Origin: Podarcis vaucheri | Lineage: Eukaryota | Length of the DNA: 64,000 nucleotides | Assembly: GCA_965113315.1 (NCBI GenBank) | Contig: OZ220376.1 | Direction: 5' to 3' (one strand) | Shown here: positions 22,511 to 33,675 of the stretch, piece after piece | How the letters are laid out: every line of letters begins with the position of its first letter | How positions within the stretch are numbered: position 1 is the stretch's first letter | Translations under genes and position numbers: made by a program | The notes under the pieces: generated by a model | Told to the model about the DNA's origin: nothing | The model's database searches: none | Seen by the model: the letters and a program-made list of their open reading frames with translations, nothing else

Positions 22511-25500
22511 CTAAGCATTAAAACAAACCTCCCAAAAGTATCATACCTCAATATATTGGTCTAAATATCAGCTGGGAGCCAACAGTAGGAAAACAGAGCA
22601 GTCAGCCACCAGCAATGAAAATGAACACTCCGCCATCTTGACAGAGCATATTGGCAATAGAAGTCCCACGTACGATTCTGTGACATTTGGGGAGCTTTTA
22701 TAAAGGGAAACCACAATCACACATAAAAATTGTCCTCGTTAAGGATACCCCTTCTGGGCTCTGCTGTGCCCTCACCCAGCCACTCCCGCCCCACTGCCCA
22801 GCGGCCCTCTCTGCATACTGATACTTCTGGGAACGAAAGGGTCGCATTGTTGACCCACCTGCTCCCGTTTTCTTTTGGTTGGGTCTCGTCAAATTTCAGC
22901 AGCTGCAAGGGCAGGACAATGAGCGCTACTGTTATCTAGGCGGAGGGAATGGATGCAATTTAAGATGGAATAAAATAAAAAATGGCACGGATTTCAACGG
23001 CTGCACTCGCCTCACACGTGTTCAGAATGTACGGTACGTGCGCCTAACTGGGTGCAGAAAAATAAGCCAATTTTCTTTCTTTCTTTTTTTAAAGAAAGTA
23101 TCTTCTTGGAAAATGCTGGAGAATGCCACAAACGCTAATGCTTTTCGGTCAAGATCGCATGCATTAAACTTAATCTGTCACCCTTCACACACTTCGAAAA
23201 ATCTTCCAGAAATCAACCATATAAACCAATGTTTAACGACCAACATCTGTTGGCTGGAAAATCTCTCTCTGGCTACACATTCGTGAGGATGCTTCATTAA
23301 AGACCATGCAGTTGTTGACCAAGATGAGGTGGGAGACTTGTGTGAAATTGGACAAATCGACTGCCCATCTACTGTCTCCCCTGGAGGGTCATTAGCCCCC
23401 AGGGTGTAATTTGGAAACATTCTGCAGAACGCATGAAAGAATCCGCATTACCAATACAGAATGCATTGCAAACGGAAAGCTATTCAGTCCACACACACAC
23501 ATTCACACATAGAAATTTAAGACATGCACACTTACTACAGATTATGCCCCACTGAACATAATGGGACAATACTCCCAAGCAAACTTGAAAAGCATTGCAC
23601 AGTTTTGGGGAGAAAGTGCACGCACACACACACGCACACAAAACACAGATTTATGGGGGAATGGGCTATGTTCCTTATGTTCTGCAATAATAAATTACCA
23701 GGACAATGTACAATTGTGTGGTGTGTTTGATCTATCGTAATCTTATAAATATTATTCACATTTCTGTGTTGTAAAATAAATAAATAAAGCAAGCAAGCAA
23801 GCTGGCAGCAGAAAAATAATTTTACAGACTGGTACAAACAGCTTCATTAAAGGAATGAAAAATAAAAAACAATGCTTTAGAATGCGAACTAGAAACCACC
23901 TTTTATATTCCTAAGGATGAATTGAGGTTTAGCTTTGGTTATATTAAATTTGTACATCGCTTCCCGCTCAGTGTAGGAAACTCCGATATATAAGCTAGTC
24001 ACCAAATGGCTCCTGAAACCAGGGTTACAGTCACCAAAATAGCATGTCTAGTTGCTATTTGGAGCCAGATGGCTCAAAAGTCGTGTTTTTCAATACATTT
24101 TTTCGGTTCCTGAAATTTGTACTGATTGTGCAGATAAAATATCATGGATTGAATTCTAAAGGATGTGTTGGTAATGTGTGGAAACAGGCACAATCCAAGG
24201 ATTCCCAGACATGCGCGTCCAGATGATGGAGACATCATGGGCCATCCTGGCACCTGGGCATCTTCACTTGGTTGCAGTAAACACTGCTTATGAAAAGCCC
24301 CCTCCCCACAGGATGATATCCATATCAACTGTAGATTTAGTTGCTTAGTATGTCTGTTAAAGGTTTGGATGCTCAGAAAAACACACTTTCTTTCAGCGTT
24401 CATTAAAACAAGAGTCTTGCTGTTTATGCAGACATACACACCTTTCTGAACATTGTTATTGTTATTTATTTTTAAAGCACTGAATATCTCTTTCTGCCTC
24501 CTCTTCTACTTCTTCAATAGCCTAGCGGACGTCACGCCACAATAAATTCATCACGCCTTCATGGCGCCACAAAACTCAGCCCTCTCTCCCCCTCCACAAT
24601 ATTTTTTTTAAGCAAACCCTTGAACAAGTTATAAGCCCGGTTTGCTTTTGAGGTCAAGCCTACGGAAGATAGTACAGAGATCCCAGTCAAGAGAAACCTT
24701 TCTCCAACCGTTCCACAAACAGAAAAGGAACGGCAAGAAAAGCTTCTATTAAAAAAGGGGGGGGAGGAAACCACCCGTAATTCTGAAGGGAGCCGCAAAT
24801 CGTAATGGGACGTGGGGTCATTCCGTTTTATGGCGCGACTTCGTTTATGAAAGAAGAAAACTCGAGAATCAAAAGGCCCATCCATCAAGTCCACTTGACA
24901 AGGAAATAGCTGAAGAGTTGAAGGTGGTCAGGGGACCATTTCACCGCAACACCTAAAGAGAAATTTCCCAGTGGAGAGAGTGGTTAAGAGTCTCTCAATC
25001 TAAGCTCCAAATTCATTGGCGCCACAGCCTTCTAAAGTTACTCTTCTCAGCCCCACAAGCATCTCAGCCCCACCCCACCCCCCAAAAAAACAGTTCCTCC
25101 ACCTCCTTCCTCTACTCCACATCACCAGATTCATAGAAGAGGGCTTTTTAAAAAGGTCACTCATCAAGTTGTTCAGACCTCAATCAAGCATCACCAAATA
25201 TATCCTCTCACATGCCCAGAGGCTTAAAAAGCTAACACTTTTGGGTTATGGTGTCAGCTTCAAGCCAGTGTTTCTAGGGTTCCCTCTGGCATGAGGGGAT
25301 ACCCTAGACCCCTCCCCACAATTTTCAGCTTTTATTTAAGTGCAGGCACACAAAAACAAGTCACTGCAACCTTTCTTTATAGGGGAGTCACTCCAGCTTA
25401 ACCCAATTAAGCAATTCATTTTAATGTTGCTTATGCTTAGCATTGTACTGGCTTCTGGTCTGTAACCTAGAGAGTCATCACCAGTTCAATGGACCTGTGG

Positions 25501-26555
25501 TCTGACACTGTATAAGACACCTTCCTAACCTCCTACTTATATAAGCCAGCTATTCATAACCATGTGGACTGGAATCTCACTTTATATTTAGGGGAAGGAC
25601 TGTAATTTGTGGTAGATCACCTGCTTTGCATTCAGAAGGTCCCAGGTCCAATCCTTGTCATCTCCAACTGTGAGTAGGAAAGCCTCCCTGCATAAAACCA
25701 TGGAGAGCTGCTGCCAGTCAGTGTAGACATTACCAAGCTATATGGGCCAATGGTCTGATTCTATATAAGGCAGCTTCCTAAGTTCTTGTGCTGGGCAATG
25801 ACCTCAGGGTAGAAGGAGAAATCAGGGTGCTATAAATTTACAGGAGGGAGGGTGACAGAAGAAAGACCCTGTCCAAAGGCAGACTTCTGTAGAGGCTTAA
25901 CCCCTTTTTCAGAAGCATCCAGGAGTTGAAAAACATTATCAACAACTTCAGGGTCTTTTTTTAAAAAAGAGAAAAAAGTATATGTGGCACAGGGGGAAAC
26001 AGAAAGAATTTAGCACAAAACTTTTAAAAGCTCCCAATTACTCTCCAGGGTAGTCATTAGAAACTACTTAGGTGACAGGAAGGCGATATCTAAGTTAATG
26101 CAGCAATAAATTAGCTCTCTTCTACCCCTCCACCCCCTCCACCCATCCTCCCTTCCCCTCGTCGTTTTGGAGCAAAGCTGCAAGTGACAGAGAAATCAGT
26201 GGGGAAGATTTTAATTCTTTCTTTTTTTAAATGCTTAAAAGTTAATGGATGTCCTGTTTCCAGTTCCGTAGGTGGATGTCATTCTGAGAGATCACTGTGT
26301 TATCACATTTAATTAGATCCATCTTAATTTTGATACGCACAGTGAAGTGCAGGAGGTTCTCTGAAGCCCCAGTGCAATGGGGCAGTCAGTCAGTGATGGG
26401 CTACACATCCTGGAGCCCCTTGGAATATTGGCCTGTCATTGGTAGTTAGTGGGAGACTTCCCAGGATCCAGGATTCCATGGCCAGGTTCAAATGCAATGC
26501 TCCCAGTCCAACAAACTATAGTTTGCTTATGCACATGTGAAGTAAGCTCCTGTGT

Positions 26556-26911
26556 AAGGTAAAGGTAAAGGGACCCCTGACCATTAGGTCCAGTCGTGAC
26601 CGACTCTGGGGTTGCGGCGCTCATCTCGCTTTATTGGCCAAGGGAGCCGGCGTACAGCTTCCGGGTCATGTGGCCAGCAGGACTAAGCCACTTCTGGCAA
26701 ACCAGAGCAGCGCATGGAAACGCCGTTTACCTTCCCGCCGGAGTGGTACATATTTATCTACTTGCACTTTGACTTGCTTTCGAACTGCTAGGTGGGCAGG
26801 AGCTGGGACCGAGCAACGGGAGCTCACCCTGTCGTGGGGATTCGACCCGCCGACCTTCTGATCTGCAAGTCCTAGGCTCTGTGGTTTAACCCACAGCGCC
26901 ACCCACATCCC
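26556..26911 (-). mobile_element. Sauria SINE, full length
   Basis: Same family as 6832-7176; flanked by CTCCTGTGT at 26547-26555 and 26918-26926. Confidence 0.9.
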
Positions 26912-26926
26912 ACCTAACTCCTGTGT

Positions 26927-27186
26927 AAGGTAAAGGTAAAGGTACCCCTGCCCGTACGGGCCAGTCTTGCCAGACTCTAGGGTTGTGCGCCCATCTCACT
27001 CAAGAGGCCGTGGGCCAGCGCTGTCCGAAGACACTTCCGGGTCACGTGGCCAGCGTGACATCGCTGCTCTGGCGAACCAGAGCCGCACACGGAAACGCCG
27101 TTTACCTTCCCGCTGGTAAGCGGTCCCTATTTATCTACTTGCACCCGGAGGTGTTTTCGAACTGCTAGGTTGGCAGGCGCTGGGAC
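26927..27186 (-). mobile_element. Sauria SINE, different subfamily, 5'-truncated, in tandem with the previous copy
   Basis: (ACCTTT)n tail and a diverged body (GGTACCCCTGCCCGTACGGGCCAGTC..., CTTCCGGGTCACGTGGCCAGC, GGAAACGCCGTTTACCTTCCCGC). Confidence 0.85.
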
Positions 27187-28995
27187 TTCCTGTTTGCTAA
27201 AGAAGAGCTTCTTGTGATGTTTATACTGGGAAACTGTGGTCTGACTGCTCCCTACAAAACCCAGATCAAAGGTTTTGGGAAAACCTTTGCGCTCTCAAGG
27301 GCCACATTCTATTGAAGGCAATCTGTCAGGGACCGCATGCTGGCAGTAGGCAGAGCAGACCTTTCTCTCTGCCACTTCTTTCCTTGTCTGTTTCTGATGC
27401 CCCCTTCTCACCCTCTTGGTCTGAAGGAGGTCTGGGTCTGGTCAAAGCATGGATAGGTGTTCACCTAGGGATCACACATATGTTGTCCTTGGGTTCCATG
27501 AAGGAGAAAAGTTGGGGTGTAAATGTCAGGAAATAAGTACTTAATCTCCAACGGCCACTTGGGAATCTTTTTCTTCCCCCATCCTCACAACAGCTCTGAG
27601 AGGAATGTCAGCATTAATCCTGTAATGATAGTGATGCTTTCTTAGATGGAAGCTAACCAAAGCCTGGGCAATAGAGGTTGACTTGCTCCCCAACCGTGCA
27701 CCCCAGGTGCCCTACACACAAATGCAACACAAAACCACACCCGCTTTCAGCACATTCATGCAAAACGTTCCAATTCACATACTTTATTCTGATCCGTAAA
27801 TAATTCCAGATGTTTTATGGATCGCAGCATCCCACTCTCTTGCCACCAGAATCAAGAGTATATACACAAGCTATCCTCTCTGCCTGGTCTTAGCAATTTC
27901 TGCTATATATAAATTATTCCATACGTATTATGTACCTATATAAAGCTACGGAGTGGGGGTTTTTTTGGTTGGCTCTGCAGAATAACCACAAAGCCCCTGG
28001 GGGGTTGGGGGGAGGGATGCAGGAAGCCAACATTCATTATTAGCAAATCTTAAAGCCATGCAAAGTTCGGGATGAATAATTACACCATGAAAGAGCTCCA
28101 CTTTCCAATTATCTTGCCCACGCCGATCTCTTTGAAGTTGATTATGTAAGCCAGCACCAGATAATGACGTTTTCTGGTGAATTTCATAACGGGAGGTACG
28201 CACAGATTGCATGAAATTGTAACGGGGACAGGATAATGAATACAAGTGATCATTTGTGTAAAGCATCCAAAATGTGTAGGGGGGGGGGAGAGTTAAGGAT
28301 GGGTCCTAGACATGATGGCATTTGTGGCAGAAATTGCAAGATGCATAATCCCAGTTCGGGAAAATACATATGGATGATAAATATGCAACTGATAACTGTG
28401 CAGAACCTGTAGCCCTACAGATGTTGCTGAACTGAGTAAGAATATAAGAAGCGCTTGCTGGATCAGGCCAATGGCCCATCTAGTCCAGCATCCTATTCTC
28501 ACAGTGACCAACCAGATGCCTGTAGGAAACTGTCAAGCAGGACCTGAGCACAAGGGCAGCCACCCATCTTGTGGCTTCTAGAAACTGGTATTCAGAAGCA
28601 TTTATTGCCTATGAACATAGAGGAAGAGCATAGTCACTGCGGCTAGCAGCCATTGATACCCTTATCCTCCATGAATTTGTCCAATCCTATTTTAAAACCA
28701 TGCAAGTTGGTGGCCTCCCATAGCAGCAAGTCCTATAATTTAACTATGTGCTACATGACAAATGATTTTCTTTTTGTTTTTCCTGAATCTTCCAACATTC
28801 AGCTTCATTCGATGTCTGCGGGTTCTGGTGTTATAAGAGAGAGGGAAAACATTTCTCCTTGCCACACATAATTGTATATACTCCTGTAAAATTATACAGT
28901 TTTCTCTAAACTAAAGTAAAAACAGTCCCCAATGCTGCAGTATTTCCTCATAGGCCATCTAGTCATGCCGGCTGGGGCTGATGGGAGTTGTAGTT

Positions 28996-29310
28996 CATAG
29001 AATCAAAGAATCATGGAATTGTAGAGTTGGAAGGGATCCTGAGAGTCATCTGGTCCAACTTCTGCAATGCAGGCATCACAACGAAATAATCCCTGACAGA
29101 TGTCCACACCACTTCCAGTGAAGGCAGGTCCACCACCTTCCGATTCCATGGTCAGACTGCTCTAACTATCAGAATGTTCTCCCTAACGTTTAGGCTCAAG
29201 CTCCTTTCTTGTCATATCCACTAGTTTGGATCTTACCCTCTGGAGCAGCAGAAAATAAGCTTGCTCCATCTTCCATGTGACAGCTCTTTAGATATCTGAA
29301 GATCGTTGAA
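28996..29310 (-). mobile_element. CR1 3' end fragment
   Basis: Reverse complement of the CR1 tail (CATAGAATCA..GAATTGTAGAGTTGGAAGGGA) plus ORF2 C-terminal remnants homologous to 480-700. Confidence 0.75.
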
Positions 29311-29766
29311 GATATCTAGCCACCAAACTTGCTCTATGTCATTTCCATGGCACCAAAATGGATCTACTCAGGGGGAAACTGCTGTTGACTGAGTCTGAGT
29401 GACAAAACAGAATGTAACTTAAAATAACCAAAGCAGAGACTTCTAACTTTGCATGAGTAGTTAATCTTCTGTGAAAGGAGGGACTTGTACTTCCCCATGA
29501 GAAGAGCATCTGGTGGAACTTTGCTTAACATGGAAAGGCTCTGCATACGTAGGAAGCTGCCTTCTACCAAGTCAGATCATTGGTCCAACAAGCTCAGTAC
29601 TTGTTTACACTGACTGGCAACAGCTCTCCAGGATTTCAGACTGGGGACAGACCCCGCCATCCCTGGAGATGCCAAGGATTTAACCAGAAGCACTGTGCAT
29701 GGGAAACAAATGCTCTACTACAGAGCTACAGTCCTTCCCCAGGCTGAGCATGTTGTTACATAAGGG

Positions 29767-30123
29767 CTAAAGTGGCACTGAGCCTCTTGGGGTTGCCAAT
29801 TGGAAGGTCGGCAGTTCAAATCCATGTGACGGGGTGAGCTCCTGTTGCTCTGGCCCAGCTTCTACCAACCTAGCAGTTTGAAAGCATGCCAGTGCAAGTA
29901 GATAAATAGGTACCGCTGCAGCAGGAAGGTAAATGGTGTTTCCATGTGCTCTGGCGCTTGTCATGGTCCTCCATGCGCCAGTAGCAGTTTAGTCATGCTG
30001 GCCACGTGACCCAGAAAACTGTCTGTGGACAAACGCCGGCTCCCTCAGCCTGAAAAGTGAGATTAGAGCCACACCCCATAGTCCCCTTTTACTGGACTTA
30101 ACTGTCCAGTGGTCCTTTACCTT
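29767..30123 (+). mobile_element. Sauria SINE, older copy
   Basis: GAAGGTCGGCAGTTCAAATCC, CTAGCAGTTTGAAAGCA..GTGCAAGTAGATAAATAGGTACC, 3' GTCCTTTACCTT. Confidence 0.85.
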
Positions 30124-31412
30124 GTTACATTTTTACATGAGGGGTTGGCTGCTTTGGTCAAAGAACATTCCTTTCTCCAAAATCGGGGGGGGGGTAAAAA
30201 TTAGAGCAACTCTGCCTGCTCTGCTCCCGGCTCCTTGCCAAGAAACAAAAAGGTGAGCTTCTGCTTACAGTTCTAGGGGGTGTAAATCTGAGCCTATCTC
30301 CCTGATTCCCAAGAGCTGCAAAGAGATTTTAAAATCAGTCATGAACTGTTATTCTGCTTGCTTCAGCATGTACTTTTTCCCCTTTTGCTGCTTGGAAAAA
30401 AAAGATCCCAGCTATGAGCAAAATGACTCATAGGACCTCAACGCCCACATGTTTTAACCTCAGGGAATAAAGAGAACAGAAGGCCGGAAGACCAAGGGAA
30501 AAAATTGAGGGTGGTGATGATGGGGGGGGGGGAGAACGATGATCAAACAGCTTGCAAAACCCATCCTAACAAAAGGAGAAGTGCTGTGACTCAAAGGTAG
30601 AAGCTTTGCATTCAGAAGGTCCCTGGTTCAATACCCAGCACCTCCAGTTAGGACTAGGAAAATATGCCTTAAATGCTGATAAGCCACTGCCAGTCAGTGT
30701 AGACCAGGGGTCCTCAAACTAAGGTCTGCAGGCTGGATCCGGCCCGCCAGGCTCATAAATCCAGCCCGTCGGCCAAAACACCATACCGGGTTTACCTCAG
30801 CACACGGGGAATGACTGAGCAGGCAGCGAGGCTTCTGATTGGCTGCAGGAAGCTTCTGCAGCCAATTGGAAGCCTCACTGTCCGCTCAGTCAGTCCCCAC
30901 ACGGCAATTTAAACCCAGCGTGGCGAGGCATTTCCATGGAAAAGAACGCACGCAAGCTTGCATAGTTCCTTCAGCCCGTTGCCCTTCATGCAAGCTAGTG
31001 GCAAGGCCATTCAGAATTTTGGCACGAGAGCGCAAACTGGGCATTGAGGGGATTCATGTGCACACACCGGGCAGGACACACACCCGAGGGAAGGAAGCAA
31101 AGAAAAAAAGGGGGCTGTTGTATCCAGGAACTCTTGGACAGATGGAAGAAAGCGATTCACTCACACGCAGGTAAACACAAGCTCTTGCTCTCCAGGGATC
31201 CAAGGAAATGTGAAATAAAGAGAGAAAGGGTGAAGAGTGGTAATGCGCCAGTGCTTTTGTTCTTCCTCACTGGCAGCAGTGGCACGGGGCGGGTGTGGCG
31301 CTGATGTCGCCAACCTTGGGGCAGGGGAAAAGGCCATCCTCCCTCCCCTCCACCTGAGGTGAATTGCATTCTTCGTTTGAAATATTGTATTGTTTTTCCT
31401 GTTTTTTGTGTA

Positions 31413-31654
31413 CAGTGGTACCTCGGGTTACATATGCTTCAGGTTACATACGCTTCAGGTTACAGACTCTGCTAACCCACAAATCATGCTTCAGGTTAAG
31501 AACTTTGCTTCAGGATGAGAACAGAAATCATGCTCTGGCGGCGCGGCGGCAGCTGAAGGCCCCATTAGCTAAAGTGGTGCTTCAGGTTAAGAACAGTTTC
31601 AGGTTAAGAACGGACCTCTGGAATGAATTAAGTACTTAACCCGAGGTGCCACTG
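31413..31654. mobile_element. Tc1/mariner MITE, family A, nested in the hAT element
   Basis: TIRs and TA TSD at 31411-31412 / 31655-31656. Confidence 0.9.
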
Positions 31655-31752
31655 TACTACAAATAAAATATGTGCTGTGTGCATAGGAATTCGTTCATAT
31701 GTTTTTCAAAATATAGTCCAGGCCCCAATAGTGTCTGAGGAACAGTGAACTG

Positions 31753-32174
31753 CAGCGGCGTAGCGTGGGTTATCAGCACCCGGGGCAAGGCAAGTAATTT
31801 GCGCCCCCTAACCCGGGGCAAGGCAAGTAATTTGCACCCCCTAACACCTAACCATGCTCATTAATACTGATGGCAGGCGGCGGCGGCTCCTCGGCGACTC
31901 CACGCGGCCAGCCCAGCGCGCTGGCCGAGCCCCGCAGGCGAACGCTGCCCATCAGTGAGGAGGGGCTGCCTGGCGCGCCCTCCGTGGCCCTGACGCGCGG
32001 GGACCGCGGTGAGCGCTGAGAGCCGCTGCCAGCTCGTCGGTTCCACGAGACATGGGGCTCTGCTACAGCCTGCGCCCGAGGCTCTTCGGCGACTCCGGAG
32101 GCAGCGAGCGCGCCCCCCCAGATGTTGCGCCCGGTGCGGCTGGCACCCCTGGCACCCCCCACGCTACGCCACTG
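31753..32174. mobile_element. GC-rich hAT MITE (CAGTGGCGTAGCGTGGG ends), nested
   Basis: TIRs CAGCGGCGTAGCGTGGG / CCCACGCTACGCCACTG and an 8-bp TSD GTGAACTG (31745-31752, 32175-32182). Confidence 0.9.
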
Positions 32175-33630
32175 GTGAACTGGTCCCCTGTTTTAAAAGT
32201 TTGAGGACCCCTGGTGTAGACCAATACTAAGCCAGATGGAGCAATGCTTTGAGTCAGTATAAGGCAGCTTTCCATGTATCTCATCCCTCCACAGGCCTGG
32301 AGAAAAGACGTTGTCCCTTCACCTGCCAACAAAAAGCTGACCTCCCTTCACCATGGACCTTGTTAGGCACAGGAACTACTAACAGAGCTTCCCAGCAGAA
32401 GTCAAGGAACAGGCAAGTGAATACATGGGGAGATGTCCTTTCAGCTTTCCTGTGTGGAAAGGTTAAAATATTGGGGGCTTTTTAGTTTAAAGAAAAAGCG
32501 AGGAACAGGAGGAACAAGACAGTGTATAAAATGATGTATGGTGTGGAGAAAGCTGGCAGTGAAGCCTTTACCTTTCTCTTGCAACACTAGAAGCCAGCTG
32601 GGCCATCCAACGAAGACAAATGCTGGAAGATTCAAGACAGGCAAAAGGCAGTAGTGACGGCCACCATCTTTGATGGTTTTAAAAGGCTTTCATAGATATT
32701 CATGAAGGAAAAGGCTACCAATGGCTACTAACCACGATGGCTATGTATATCCTCCACTGTCAGAGGCATTATGCCTCAAAATGCCTGTTGCTGGGAATCA
32801 TAAGGCAGTTGTGCTGGTGGGAGTCCCACAGGGGTATCCGAATGGCCGCTGTGACTAGATGGGCCACTGGCCTTTTCCAGCAGGGCTCTTCATATGTTCC
32901 TATATATGGGGCCTAAAGTCACATAGGGCTTTAAATTTCATCACAGCTGCCTTAGATTGGGTCCAGAAACCAATAATTGATTCACTTGAGGCCTGAGAAG
33001 GAGGAGGAGGAGGAGGAAGAGTTTGAGAAATCACCCTTGTTTTCAGAAACAGAAAATGAGAGGCAGTGTTCTACGTAGCCCGTATAAACATTTCTTCTCA
33101 AAATCTTATTTCACAGTGGATGGAATGAGGAGGCCTGACCTTCACACCCACTTGAATGACCCTGGAGTTCATTCAGCTTTTGTCACAGTACATGTTAGTA
33201 CTTGGTCACCATGGCAACCCAACTTCCTCCTCACAGATGGCTTCCATTGCTTAAAACCATACAGGTGTCACCGGTCCGTCCGGAGGAAAACAACCCAAAT
33301 AATGACCTTGAATGGCTTTACTGGTTTTAAATAAATATGGAAGTGCTTCCTTCAGCGGAAATTGGACCTAGCAACAGAGGCTCTCGAGCATCAATATTAC
33401 TCCAAATATTTAACATATGGAAGAGTGAATGAAACAATAAATTATAATTCCTAGTCTTTAAAATAATAATAATAAATGAGATATATGCACACTCTTCTGA
33501 GCAAATACCAAGGTGAAAAAATACAAAAGTACTGTAATAATACATAATGAAAAATTCAATAAATATTATAATAAAAAGAGATATATGCACACTCCTTGCT
33601 ATGTCTTTTAATAGAGTTTGCCAAAGTTGC

Positions 33631-33673
<43 letters not shown>
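33631..33673. repeat. (TAT)n microsatellite
   Basis: Direct inspection. Confidence 0.95.

Positions 33674-33675
<2 letters not shown>

Larger units (their letters stand above)
30705..32213. mobile_element. Non-autonomous hAT-Charlie-type element (OposCharlie1/OC1-like ends), about 1.5 kb including two nested MITEs, inserted in a tRNA-SINE
   Basis: Perfect 16-bp TIRs CAGGGGTCCTCAAACT / AGTTTGAGGACCCCTG and an 8-bp TSD GTGTAGAC (30697-30704, 32214-32221). The OC1 resemblance is from recall only. Confidence 0.88.

Noticed and set aside
31753-32174. Apparent intronic CpG island / alternative promoter
   Set aside because: It is bounded exactly by TIRs and an 8-bp TSD, so it is a young transposon rather than a host CpG island.
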